Of a stretch of DNA of 54,659 nt, positions 27,107 through 36,553 are shown piece after piece; position 1 is the first letter of the stretch; the number at the start of each line of letters is the position of its first letter. The stretch lies in contig CAYUIS010000004.1 of NCBI GenBank assembly GCA_964444825.1, forward strand, positions 482 through 55,140. Direction: 5' to 3'. The DNA is from an uncultured Anaerolineales bacterium (GTDB lineage: Bacteria > Chloroflexota > Anaerolineae > B4-G1). The notes below the pieces were generated by a model, which ran no database searches, had not been told where the DNA came from, and worked only from the letters and a program-made list of their open reading frames with translations. Position numbers and translations under genes: made by a program.

Positions 27107-29043
27107 TTCTCCGCCAGGCTCGGGTTCAGCCACGGGGCGGCCTCCTCCAGTCCCAGTTCGCGCAGCTTACGCTCGGTCGGCCAGCCGGTCTCTGGATCCC
27201 ATTCCCTCAACCGGTAGTATCCTTCCAACATCTGATCGAGTTCAACGACTTGCCCCTCAGCGTTCCCGGAGGGGGAAGGGTCCTCGGTAAACCGGCGGGG
27301 GAGGCGATCGTCGGCGCGGGTGATGCCGTGCCTGGCGTTGTAGCAGCGCTGGAGATTGTAAATCCGTTCGCCGATACGCTTCAACCGTTCCACAGGCATG
27401 TCCATCCCAGTCGCGGCCTCCAGCGCTGCAGCGATGTCGGGCCAATAGATCTCGGCCAGGACAAAGGTGCCGCCGGATTTGCACACCCCCACTGAGTCCA
27501 CCACCGCCCCGAAATCCTCGCCGTCCTTGACCAGCAGCGGCTTGTGCTTGATCGCCAGTGGATCTGCCATCTCCGGCAGGTACTTTTCTCCGTAACGACG
27601 GCGGGCCTCGTCTGGGAAGCCGGTCTCGTCGATGACGGGAAAGGCCTTGAGGTGGTCGGCTCCGCGGTTGGATGTGGCGTGTGCCAGCCCCATCGACTTT
27701 TGAGCACGGCCATCCTGCGCGGCGATCTCCATCCCCTTGACGTGCATCGCGTACTCTTCCGCACCCCGCCCGATAATGTCGGCCGCCCTGCGTACCCCCT
27801 CCGCAAGCAGAGCACCAAACCCCTCTCGACGGCTGATTTTTTCCAATAGGGGGAGGACGACGTCCGTGTCACTCCAGCGGAGCGCGAGCCCGTCCGTGTC
27901 GTCGAGGTTGAGGATCTCGTTTTCCCACAACTCCATAGCGAAACTGATCATCCGACCTGCAGAGATGGTGTCCATCCCCAGATCGTCACACAGTTGGTTG
28001 GCCGCCAATATGACGTCCAGGTCAGCGTTCAGGATATTGGCCCCCATCGAGTTGAGGGTCTCGTACTCAACGCTGTGCAGGGCGGTACCGGCGTGCGGTC
28101 CATCGGGGAGGCTGTACAGCTTGTCGCACCCGATGGGACAGCCGAAACAGGCCATGTGGCGAACAAAAGCCCGGCCTATCAGCGACTCTACGTTGATCTT
28201 GTCTACCTCCGAAAAAGACCCCATCTGGAAATTCTTGGTGGGGAAGCGGCCTAGGGGGTCCATCAGAGAGACGATGCCGGGGGTTCCGTGGGCGGAGACG
28301 TCAGGATAGATGGGATTGGCGCGAATCCGGCGGTGAAACTCGACCGCCAGATCGTGGAAACGCTCCGGATCAGCTATATGCACAGGCCCGCGTCCCCGAA
28401 CTGCGATCGCCTTTAGGTTCTTGCTTCCCATCACCGCGCCCAATCCACAACGACCGAGTGAACGCTGCGACGTAACCTGAATACTGGCAAAACGAACCTG
28501 GTTCTCGCCAGCCGGTCCAATCGTCGCAACCTTGATCTGAGGGTCGCGCCCAGCATGGCGGATGGCAGACTCGGTCTGGGAGGTGGTCAGCCCCCAGAGT
28601 TCATCCGCGGGGCGCAGCTCGACTCTGCCCTTGTCCTGCCCGCCAGGAACAGGGTCGTCGGATAGCGCCAGGTAGACCGGCTCGGGTGCCCGTCCGACGA
28701 AAACGACCGCATCCCATCCGGCGAACTTTAGTTCCGGACCGAAGAAACCACCAGCGTTCGCGTCACCATATATGCCGGTGAGGGGCGACTTGGCGATGGC
28801 CTCCATCCGGCAGGCGTTGGGCACCAATGTGCCGATGAGAGGGCCCGCAGCGATGATGAGGAGGTTCTCCGGGGCCAGGGGGTCCACCTCAGCTCCCACG
28901 TTGTCCCACAATAGGCGGGTCCCGAAACCATTGCCGCCCAGGTAGTCTTCGGCCAGTGTCTGGTCATATTCCTGCGGTTCGATCTTGCCCGTGCTCAGAT
29001 CGATGCGCAACCACTTGCCGACAAAACCTTTGTACGGAAACAT
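27103..29043 (-). CDS. Aldehyde:ferredoxin oxidoreductase-family (W-pterin) catalytic subunit 1
   Basis: KSPLTG, GAVMGSKNLKAI, CFGCPIGC, EYET, DDLGMDTIS, RGADHL, YYRLREWD. Confidence 0.93.
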   Translation of the reverse strand: MFPYKGFVGKWLRIDLSTGKIEPQEYDQTLAEDYLGGNGFGTRLLWDNVGAEVDPLAPENLLIIAAGPLIGTLVPNACRMEAIAKSPLTGIYGDANAGGFFGPELKFAGWDAVVFVGRAPEPVYLALSDDPVPGGQDKGRVELRPADELWGLTTSQTESAIRHAGRDPQIKVATIGPAGENQVRFASIQVTSQRSLGRCGLGAVMGSKNLKAIAVRGRGPVHIADPERFHDLAVEFHRRIRANPIYPDVSAHGTPGIVSLMDPLGRFPTKNFQMGSFSEVDKINVESLIGRAFVRHMACFGCPIGCDKLYSLPDGPHAGTALHSVEYETLNSMGANILNADLDVILAANQLCDDLGMDTISAGRMISFAMELWENEILNLDDTDGLALRWSDTDVVLPLLEKISRREGFGALLAEGVRRAADIIGRGAEEYAMHVKGMEIAAQDGRAQKSMGLAHATSNRGADHLKAFPVIDETGFPDEARRRYGEKYLPEMADPLAIKHKPLLVKDGEDFGAVVDSVGVCKSGGTFVLAEIYWPDIAAALEAATGMDMPVERLKRIGERIYNLQRCYNARHGITRADDRLPRRFTEDPSPSGNAEGQVVELDQMLEGYYRLREWDPETGWPTERKLRELGLEEAAPWLNPSLAEK

Positions 29044-29051
29044 ATGCCTAC

Positions 29052-29079
29052 TCCCTGATCCCCGATCCCTGCTCCCTGC
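29052..29079. repeat. Heptamer tandem repeat (TCCCTGM) x4
   Basis: TCCCTGA TCCCCGA TCCCTGC TCCCTGC. Confidence 0.7.
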
Positions 29080-29114
29080 TCCGAAGTAAATGGGCAGTGA
29101 TTTCTAGAGCATAG

Positions 29115-29540
29115 TCAAGCGTGCACCGTAACTACCCCGGTCGGGCACATCGCTGCGCACTCGGGCTCACCGCCACACAGGTCACATTTGAGGGATACAC
29201 CCAGTTCCTCGTTCACGAATATCGCCCCGTACGGACACGCCTGCTCGCAGTCGCCGCAGCCAATACACACGTCCACATCGACCACCCACGCACCAAGAAT
29301 GTCGTTCAAGGCGATCGCGTCTACCGGGCAGGCCTCAGCGCAGGGGGCGGTTTCACCATCCGGCCACTCCAAAGCGCCACACTGGCGGCAGATGTTGGGC
29401 GTGAACGGTCCCTTGTCGCTCTCAGCCAGGATGGTGATACGTGAGCGTCCCGGCCAGATGGCCCTCTCGTGGTGGAAAGAGCAAAAGCTCTCACAGATGC
29501 GGCAGCCAGTGCACTTTTCGGTTTCTACCTTCAGATACAT
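29115..29540 (-). CDS. 4Fe-4S dicluster protein (DmsB/AOR small-subunit type), copy 1
   Basis: CTGCRICESFC, CRQC...CAEACP, CIGCGDCEQACP, KCDLC...CAAMCP; ATG 29540 after GGAGG. Confidence 0.92.
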   Translation of the reverse strand: MYLKVETEKCTGCRICESFCSFHHERAIWPGRSRITILAESDKGPFTPNICRQCGALEWPDGETAPCAEACPVDAIALNDILGAWVVDVDVCIGCGDCEQACPYGAIFVNEELGVSLKCDLCGGEPECAAMCPTGVVTVHA

Positions 29541-29543
29541 GTC

Positions 29544-29571
29544 TGCCTCCTGCCTCCTGCTTCTTGCTTCC
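29544..29571. repeat. Heptamer tandem repeat (TGCYTCY) x4
   Basis: TGCCTCC TGCCTCC TGCTTCT TGCTTCC. Confidence 0.7.
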
Positions 29572-29576
29572 TGCAC

Positions 29577-30956
29577 CTACGCGCCAGGCTGTCGAACCAC
29601 AAAGCGCCCCCAGTCCTCTTTGCCGACGAATTCGCCATCGCGCACGATCACCCGGCCTCGACTGAGCACATCACGGGGCCAGCCCTGGATGTGTTTTCCC
29701 TCGTAGGGCGACCAGTCCACGCGCTCGTGGAGCGTTTCCCCGGCCTGCAGAGTTACCCAATGGTCTGGATCGAAGATAACCAGGTCAGCGTCAAAGCCAG
29801 GCGCGATCTGCCCCTTGCGATCCAGACCAAAGATGCGGGCCGGGTTGGTGCAGCAGACCTCGACCCAACGCTCCAGTGTCATCCAGTATCGCTGGCCAAA
29901 GTGGTAGGCCAGGCTAAGGCGCGCCTCGATGGAGGGCAGCCCGCCAGGGACCGTGGTAAAGTCGGCATGACGGCTCTTGTCAGCGGCAGTAAATGGGCAG
30001 TGATCGGTCGCCAGCACGTCCAGATCCTCGAAGGCTAATCCGCCCCATAGCGCCTCATTGTCCTCCTCCGCTCTCAGGGGCGGCGAACAGATCAGGCGTT
30101 CTCCACCGGGCAGATCCAGGGCCATCCCGTTCAGCAATAGGTACTGCGGGCAGGTCTCGCCGTAGATGTCCTCGCCGCGCGCCCGTGCGGCCTGGATGCG
30201 CGATAGGCTGTCCTCACATGAGACATGGACGATGTAGACAGGGCTCTCGGCTAGCGCGGCGACGTCGATAGCTCGGCTCACCGCCTCCGCCTCCTGGCGG
30301 GGTGGGCGGGTCAGGGCATGGTAGATAGGGAGAGTATCGCCACGAGCCACCGCCTGGGCGCGCAGGGCCTCACATATGGGGCCGTTCTCACAGTGGATGA
30401 TGGGCAGACCGCCAACCGCCGCGATGGCCTCCATCGCACGGAAGAGCTGCACGTCATCCAATCGCAAATCCTCATAGGCCAGGTAGAGCTTGAAGCTGGA
30501 CACACCTGCCGCCATCACCGCTGGCAGATCGTCCAGCGATTCAGGATGGGCAGCGTGCCACGTGGGGATGGTCATATGGAGACCATAGTCCACTGCCACG
30601 CGTCCATCCGCCTCGGCCCGCCGTTTCTCCAGCGCCTCCAGCAGCCGCTCTCCCGGCTCCGGCTCGACAAAGTCAATGACCGTTGTCGTGCCCCCCCACG
30701 CCGCCGCGACCGTGCCGCTGGCAAAGTCGTCACTGCTGACGTATTCACCGACCGGCATCTGGAGATGGACGTGGGGATCTATGCCTCCAGGCAGCACGTA
30801 GCAGCCCGTAGCATCAAGCTCGACCGCGCCCTGGGAGCCAGGTGGATTTGCTCCCACCTCAACCAGTGCGGCAATGCGCTCCCCGACGATGCCCACGTCG
30901 GCGGAAAAGACACCACTTGGGGTTATGAGTGTGCCGTTACGAATGACTGTATCCAT
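29577..30956 (-). CDS. hydA: Dihydropyrimidinase / D-hydantoinase
   Basis: PGGIDPHVH, GGTTT, SFKLY (carbamylated Lys), HCENG, HVS, ETCPQYL, SPPLR, TDHCPF. Confidence 0.92.
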   Translation of the reverse strand: MDTVIRNGTLITPSGVFSADVGIVGERIAALVEVGANPPGSQGAVELDATGCYVLPGGIDPHVHLQMPVGEYVSSDDFASGTVAAAWGGTTTVIDFVEPEPGERLLEALEKRRAEADGRVAVDYGLHMTIPTWHAAHPESLDDLPAVMAAGVSSFKLYLAYEDLRLDDVQLFRAMEAIAAVGGLPIIHCENGPICEALRAQAVARGDTLPIYHALTRPPRQEAEAVSRAIDVAALAESPVYIVHVSCEDSLSRIQAARARGEDIYGETCPQYLLLNGMALDLPGGERLICSPPLRAEEDNEALWGGLAFEDLDVLATDHCPFTAADKSRHADFTTVPGGLPSIEARLSLAYHFGQRYWMTLERWVEVCCTNPARIFGLDRKGQIAPGFDADLVIFDPDHWVTLQAGETLHERVDWSPYEGKHIQGWPRDVLSRGRVIVRDGEFVGKEDWGRFVVRQPGA

Positions 30957-30976
30957 CAAGATAGCTCACCCCTTTG

Positions 30977-32887
30977 TCAGATTCCCCTCCCCCGGTGGGA
31001 GGGGCTAGGGGAGGGGATCAGGTCGTCCAGCCCCAATCTCCGCAACGTCTCTGGAGTGGGGGCGCCGCTTTCGTCCCATCCGCGCAATTGATAATATCGG
31101 TCTAGCATTGCCTCAAAATCGTGTAGGCGCCCGACCTGCACCGGTTCCGGCGAGGGCCGCACCTCTCCCGTCGCCTCGTCCCGTTCAAAGGCGTACACCT
31201 CTAACGGTTCCGACGTGAACCTGTCCGGGAGACGATCGTCGACCCGCGAGAGGCCCAGGCGCACGTTGTACAGCCGCTCCAGGTTGACGATCCGCTCGCC
31301 CGCCATCAGCAGTTCCTCGCTGCTGATCTCCCGCTCCCACAGCGCGCTCAACCCCGCTGCCAGATCCTCTGGGTAGAGGGCAAAGGTCTCGGCGGTCGCA
31401 AACTTGCAGACCCCCAGCGCGTCGGAGACGGCGCAGTAGTGCTCGGTGAAGGCAATGAGATCAGGCTTGTAGGTCTCGTCGTCTGTCTCCATCAATGAGG
31501 GGACGATGTCGGCAGGGAAAAACCGTTGAGCGGCCTCCAGGTTCCCCGCCAGGTCGATCGTGGGCAGGGCGTAGAGGTGGTCCGCACCCCGATTCGCGGT
31601 GGCGTGGGCCAGGCCAAATCCCTTGGCGATGCGAGGCTCCTGGCGTGGAAGCTCCATCCCTTTGACCTGCATCGCGTACTTTGGCGCGTCTCCGCCGAGG
31701 GTCTGGGCGGCGTGCCAGCTCCCTTCTGCCAGGAGGTCACCCAGGCCGCGCCGGTGGGCGATGTGCTGGATCAGGCCAAGGAGGGTGTCCGCGTCTCCCC
31801 ACTGGAGGGAGAATTCCTCATCCTCCAGGATGGCGCGCTGGTGGCACTCCATCGCAAAGGCTATCACGGTCCCCGTTGAGATGGTGTCGAGCCCCAGGTC
31901 GTTACAGAGCCGGTTGGCGTGAAAAATGACCTCGGGGTCATCGATCCCACACATCGGCCCCAGCGCGTCCAATGTTTCGTATTCCGGACCTTCCAGGTCT
32001 CCGGCGTGAGGGCCGCTCTCAACTCGGGTGATCCGACCGCAACGGATGGGACAGGCGAAGCAACCCTTGTTCTTGAGCGTGTAGCGGGCGATGGCTTGAG
32101 CGTTCACGCGATCCGCCCAGGGTACCTGCCCCAACTGGTGGTTATGGGCGGGCAGGTCACCTACCTGATTCTTGCCCGCCACCAGGACGACGGTGCCCCA
32201 GTCGCGCAATCCGGCGACGTGGGGATGGTCGCGGACTTGTTCGAATGCACGTTTGGCCTGGTCTCGGAAGGCGGACGGCAGACCCAGGTCCACTTGCCCC
32301 CGCACCACGAGCGCTTTCAGGTTCTTGCTTCCCATCAGCGCTCCACCGCCACACCGGGCCGCCGCCCGGCTTCTGTCGTTGATGATGCTGGCGATCCGCA
32401 CGCCGCGCTCGCCCGCGGGTCCGATGCAGGCCACCCTGGCCCCGTCGGTCGCCAGGCTATCGTGCGTTTCGTATGACCCTCTGCCCCACAGGTGGTTGGC
32501 AGGCTGGATGGTGGCCCCATCCGGTGTCAGCTCCAGATACACTGGTTGCTCGGCCCGGCCGGTGATCACGACAACGTCGTACCCGGCGCGGCGGAGACCT
32601 GCACCAAGGAACCCGCCGGTGTTGGCGTAACCATAGATGGAGGTCAGAGGGGAGGGAAAGGTGACGTGGGTGCGAGCGCCGGTGGGCCAGGCGGTTCCGG
32701 TCAGCGGACCGACTGAGAATATCAGGGGGTTTTCCGGCGACAGAGGGTCATCAGGGTTAGCCAGGTGACGGAAGAGCAACGCGGCTCCCAGCCCTCTTCC
32801 ACCCAGAAAGCGGGAGGTCAGATCCTCGTCCACAGGGCGGAGGTCGACGGAACGCTTGGAAAGATTGATCCAGGCAGCGCGCGGCAT
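30977..32887 (-). CDS. Aldehyde:ferredoxin oxidoreductase-family subunit 2
   Basis: MGSKNLKA, CFACPIRC, PEYET, NDLGLDTIS, RGADHL; ATG 32887 after AAGGAG. Confidence 0.92.
   Translation of the reverse strand: MPRAAWINLSKRSVDLRPVDEDLTSRFLGGRGLGAALLFRHLANPDDPLSPENPLIFSVGPLTGTAWPTGARTHVTFPSPLTSIYGYANTGGFLGAGLRRAGYDVVVITGRAEQPVYLELTPDGATIQPANHLWGRGSYETHDSLATDGARVACIGPAGERGVRIASIINDRSRAAARCGGGALMGSKNLKALVVRGQVDLGLPSAFRDQAKRAFEQVRDHPHVAGLRDWGTVVLVAGKNQVGDLPAHNHQLGQVPWADRVNAQAIARYTLKNKGCFACPIRCGRITRVESGPHAGDLEGPEYETLDALGPMCGIDDPEVIFHANRLCNDLGLDTISTGTVIAFAMECHQRAILEDEEFSLQWGDADTLLGLIQHIAHRRGLGDLLAEGSWHAAQTLGGDAPKYAMQVKGMELPRQEPRIAKGFGLAHATANRGADHLYALPTIDLAGNLEAAQRFFPADIVPSLMETDDETYKPDLIAFTEHYCAVSDALGVCKFATAETFALYPEDLAAGLSALWEREISSEELLMAGERIVNLERLYNVRLGLSRVDDRLPDRFTSEPLEVYAFERDEATGEVRPSPEPVQVGRLHDFEAMLDRYYQLRGWDESGAPTPETLRRLGLDDLIPSPSPSHRGRGI
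30984..31016. repeat. CCCTCCC...GGGAGGGG-CTAGGGGAGGGG repeat forming the last codons of AOR 2
   Basis: Hairpin plus tail of the 'PSPxPS...RGRG' repeat type; translated as PSPSPSHRGRGI at the C-terminus. Confidence 0.55.
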
Positions 32888-32897
32888 AAGCAACTCC

Positions 32898-33266
32898 TTA
32901 ACTGATGACCGAGTACAGGATCACCTTGATAGAGTCGGGATCGGTGACCGAAAAGGCGCGATGACCCCAGGGTTTGTCAGCGAGACCCTTCTTGATAGGC
33001 AGCCCCTTCTCCTGGACACGTTCGTACCATCCATCCACATCGTCCACCTCGTAGGATAACTCCATTCCCTGCGGTGGCACATACGTCTCTCCAGGGCGTA
33101 AGGCCAAAACCTCAATGATGCCAGAGGCTGCCTGGAACAATGTCCCACGTTCAGCCGGCCCTCGATCCCATGAGCTAACGATGGGCAACCTTAGCCCATC
33201 TCGGTAAAACGCCACTGAGGCGTCATAGTCCTTTGCTCTAAAAATAAAACGAAACTCCCCTGTCAT
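32898..33266 (-). CDS. VOC/glyoxalase-family protein
   Basis: SVAFYRDGL, VDDVD, DKPWGHRAFSVTDPD. Confidence 0.9.
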   Translation of the reverse strand: MTGEFRFIFRAKDYDASVAFYRDGLRLPIVSSWDRGPAERGTLFQAASGIIEVLALRPGETYVPPQGMELSYEVDDVDGWYERVQEKGLPIKKGLADKPWGHRAFSVTDPDSIKVILYSVIS

Positions 33267-33282
33267 TGTCAAACTCCTCCTC

Positions 33283-33957
33283 TCAGCTATCTCGTCTCAG
33301 GATCCGCACATCCAAAGCCATCAGACCGTGCTCGAACAACCTCACGGGGTTCAGGTCCAATTCCTCAATCTCTGGCCTCTCTGTGATCATCTGGGAAACC
33401 GTGAGCAGCAACTTGATCAACGCCTCAACGTCGTATCCAGACTGGCCGCGCACACCCTCCAGCAGAGACCACCCACGAATCTCCCGGACCATCTCCTGTG
33501 CATCTCTATATTCCAGAGGAACGACCCGGAAGCTCACGTCCTTCAGTACTTCCGTAAAAATCCCCCCCAGGCCGAACATCACCGTCGGCCCGAACATCAC
33601 GTCGTGCAGCGCGCCCACGATCACTTCGAGCCCAGCAGACACCTGCTTGGAGACCAGGATTCCCTGGATGTCAGCGCCAGGAACATGCTCACGAACCGTG
33701 GCGACGATCCGGTCATAGGTGTTTGCCACACTTGGCCCGTCGTCCAGCCCCACGACCACTCCTCCCACGTCGCTCTTGTGGGGCGCGTCCGGCGAGACGA
33801 CCTTGAGCACGACAGGGTACCCCAGGCGGGCAGCAAGAATCGCCGCTTCCTCGGCGCTGTGTGCTACAGCGTGATCTGGATATGGAATCCCATAATCATA
33901 CAGGAGAGAAACGGCCTCCGGTTCCAAGAGGACACGGGATGGTGTATCCCCGCTCAT
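33283..33957 (-). CDS. acdB: Acyl-CoA synthetase (ADP-forming) beta subunit, ATP-grasp
   Basis: GYPVVLKVVSP...HKSDVGGV, FGPTVMFGLGGIFTEVLKDVSFR, ELDLNP. Confidence 0.92.
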   Translation of the reverse strand: MSGDTPSRVLLEPEAVSLLYDYGIPYPDHAVAHSAEEAAILAARLGYPVVLKVVSPDAPHKSDVGGVVVGLDDGPSVANTYDRIVATVREHVPGADIQGILVSKQVSAGLEVIVGALHDVMFGPTVMFGLGGIFTEVLKDVSFRVVPLEYRDAQEMVREIRGWSLLEGVRGQSGYDVEALIKLLLTVSQMITERPEIEELDLNPVRLFEHGLMALDVRILRRDS

Positions 33958-34577
33958 TCTGCCTCCCCTATTGACTTTTGCACCACCTGATATCCCAGGT
34001 CGTATGCCGTGCGGTTCACCGTCACCAGGCGGCTGGGCCAGCGCTCCGCCATCGCGTCAAACAGGCTCTCCTCAGAGATGTCGAGCAGGCCGAGCGCAAA
34101 CAGACCGCCAAGCATTACAGTGTTCGCCGTTCGCGCGTTGCCAGCCTGCAGCGCCAGGTTCGTGGCATCAAGGGTCAACACGCGCGCGTCCAGACTCCCA
34201 AGCCCGCCAAGGATGCTCTCCACATCAGGATATTGGGCACGACCGACAGCCACGTCCACCGGAAGCCAGGGACGGGTGTTGAGCAGCACCCATCCCCCGG
34301 GTCTGAGGAACCGGACGGCCACGCGCAGGCCCTCAAGCGGTTCCATAGAGACTACGACGTCTGCCTCATCCTCCATCATCATCGGCGCCCAGACCTCGCC
34401 CACCCGAACGTGAGCCATCACAGATCCACCCCGTGTTGCTGCCCCAAAGGTCTCGGCCAGTTTCACCTCGCGCCCATCTTTCAAGGCTGCCTCTGCCAGC
34501 AGGCGGGAGGCCAGGATGCTCCCCTGGCCGCCGACACCTGCCACGACGATGTTGGTAGATTCGGAATTGCTGCTCAT
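33954..34577 (-). CDS. iorB: Indolepyruvate:ferredoxin oxidoreductase-type beta subunit
   Basis: GVGGQGSILAS, ETFGAATRGGSV, EPLEGLR, ANTVMLG; ATG 34577 overlaps the iorA stop. Confidence 0.9.
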   Translation of the reverse strand: MSSNSESTNIVVAGVGGQGSILASRLLAEAALKDGREVKLAETFGAATRGGSVMAHVRVGEVWAPMMMEDEADVVVSMEPLEGLRVAVRFLRPGGWVLLNTRPWLPVDVAVGRAQYPDVESILGGLGSLDARVLTLDATNLALQAGNARTANTVMLGGLFALGLLDISEESLFDAMAERWPSRLVTVNRTAYDLGYQVVQKSIGEAE

Positions 34578-36553
34578 TCTGTCTCTCCTGTATCCACACC
34601 TTTGATCGCTTCGGATGGGCAGAGTTGGGCGCAGATTCCACAACCCACGCACAGGATCGCGTCAATTCCTGCCCCATCCTCGGAGTAGGTGATGGCCGGG
34701 CAGCCCAACTGTACGCACTGTCCACACGCCGTGCAATCATCGGTAACGATGAATGGTTCCCCAAACTTTCTCTCACGTCGTAGAATCTGGAGCATACACT
34801 CCCGGCGGGCCACGACGACCGCTGCGCCGTCAAAATCCAACGCCCGGCGAATTACCTCCGTAGCCTCCTGGAGGTTGAAGGGGTCAACGACCTCCACAAA
34901 CTCGACTCCCATCGCCCGCGCGACCTCCTCGATGAGGATCGTTTTTGCCGGCTGCCCGGCTGCCCGCATCCCGGTCGCAGGGCAGGCCTGGTGACCGGTC
35001 ATAGAAGTCCAATAGTTGTCCATTACGACAAAAGTGAGTTTGGTCCCATTCCACACCGCGTTCAACAGACCCGGCATGCACGTGTGGAAGAACGTCGAAT
35101 CGCCAGCCACAGCCACTATCTCTCCACTGAGGCCGGTCTCTGCCCCTGTTCCGTACCCAGCCCGGGCTTGCCCCTGTGCCATCGAAATGCCCGATCCCAT
35201 GACGTAGAGCGTGTCCAGGAAATCATACAGTATCTTGGAACTGTGACGCGCCGATGCTTCGTTGCTAGGCTCCGGCGTCTGGCCCTTTACACCGTACCCT
35301 GCCTGCTCGTAACAACCAATGTCCCCGTTCACGATCGGCACCTGATTTCGTCCAGATTTGATCGCCTTTCGTATCGCCCAATACGTCCCCAGATGCGGGC
35401 AGCCCGCGCAGAGCGTGGACGACCGGGGGATGACCAGTGATGCAGTCTCCTGCTTGGCCTTGCTGCGCGTCTCGTCACTCTCCAGAGAGATCCCCATCAA
35501 ATCGGCAAGCGCCTGGCGGACCAACGCTGTATTCAACTCGCCGTGCCGGGGCAGCACCAGGTCGAATTGTTTCCCAGTTATCCGGATACGTACGTCGTGG
35601 GCCTGCGCCAAAACACGCAATTGTGACTCTACGAACGGGTCGCCATCTTCGATGACCAACACCCGCTCGCAACCGGACAGCACATCTAGCGAGAGCTTTG
35701 TCGGTATAGGGTAGACCATCCCAATCTTGAGCAACCAGACGCGGTCTTGCAGCCCCAAATCACGGAGGGCCTCGCGGGCGTAGGCAGCCCCCATTCCGGA
35801 GACGACCACCGCCACGGGGGCGCTCCCCTCATGCAGCTCATTGAACTGCAGTGACTCCGACTCTTGCACCATCGACGGCAAACGGGCCAGCAGCCACTCG
35901 TGCTTCGCCGTTGGTCCCGGCGGACCGTAGACGTTCCAGCGGTATGGGAGCTTCCAATGCTTGTTAAAGCCCGGCTTCAGCGCCGAGGGCTCGACCGCTC
36001 CCAACTCGACCACTCCGTTGGAGTGTGAAAGACGTGTGGCCGCGCGAACCATCACCGGCAGTTCCAACCGCTCCGAGAGGGCAAAGGCCGTTTTGGTCAT
36101 CTCTTTTGCTTCCTGATGGCTTTCCGGCTCCAGGCAGGGAATCATCGCCCACTCCGCCGCGATACGCGAGTCCTGCTCGTTTGAGGAATAGTGCGCGCCC
36201 GGATCGTCTGCCACGACCACAACCAGCGCCCCTCGGGTTCCCCCATAGGGCAAGGTCAGGAAGAGATCCATCACGACGTTAAGCCCGGCCCCCTTCATCG
36301 CTGCCAGGGAGCGCGCGCCGGTGAGCGCTGCCCCCGCTGCCATCTCGAATGAGACCTTTTCGTTCACACTCCACTCGGCGTAGAATCCCAGTTCGGAGGA
36401 GACCTCAGTCAATGTCTCGACGATCTCCGAGCTAGGCGTGCCCGGGTAGGCTGTTACCACCTGGACCCCTGCTTCGATCGCGCCGCGCGCAATGGCCTCG
36501 TTGCCGAGCAATAACAATCGGTCTCCAGGTTCACTTGTGGCGATTTTGTTCAA
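34574..36553 (-). CDS. iorA: Indolepyruvate:ferredoxin oxidoreductase-type alpha subunit
   Basis: LGNEAIARG, YPGTPSSE, NEK, CAGCPH, DIGCY, TPP motif GDSTFFH...DN, C-terminal 2x[4Fe-4S]. Confidence 0.92.
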   Translation of the reverse strand: MNKIATSEPGDRLLLLGNEAIARGAIEAGVQVVTAYPGTPSSEIVETLTEVSSELGFYAEWSVNEKVSFEMAAGAALTGARSLAAMKGAGLNVVMDLFLTLPYGGTRGALVVVVADDPGAHYSSNEQDSRIAAEWAMIPCLEPESHQEAKEMTKTAFALSERLELPVMVRAATRLSHSNGVVELGAVEPSALKPGFNKHWKLPYRWNVYGPPGPTAKHEWLLARLPSMVQESESLQFNELHEGSAPVAVVVSGMGAAYAREALRDLGLQDRVWLLKIGMVYPIPTKLSLDVLSGCERVLVIEDGDPFVESQLRVLAQAHDVRIRITGKQFDLVLPRHGELNTALVRQALADLMGISLESDETRSKAKQETASLVIPRSSTLCAGCPHLGTYWAIRKAIKSGRNQVPIVNGDIGCYEQAGYGVKGQTPEPSNEASARHSSKILYDFLDTLYVMGSGISMAQGQARAGYGTGAETGLSGEIVAVAGDSTFFHTCMPGLLNAVWNGTKLTFVVMDNYWTSMTGHQACPATGMRAAGQPAKTILIEEVARAMGVEFVEVVDPFNLQEATEVIRRALDFDGAAVVVARRECMLQILRRERKFGEPFIVTDDCTACGQCVQLGCPAITYSEDGAGIDAILCVGCGICAQLCPSEAIKGVDTGETE

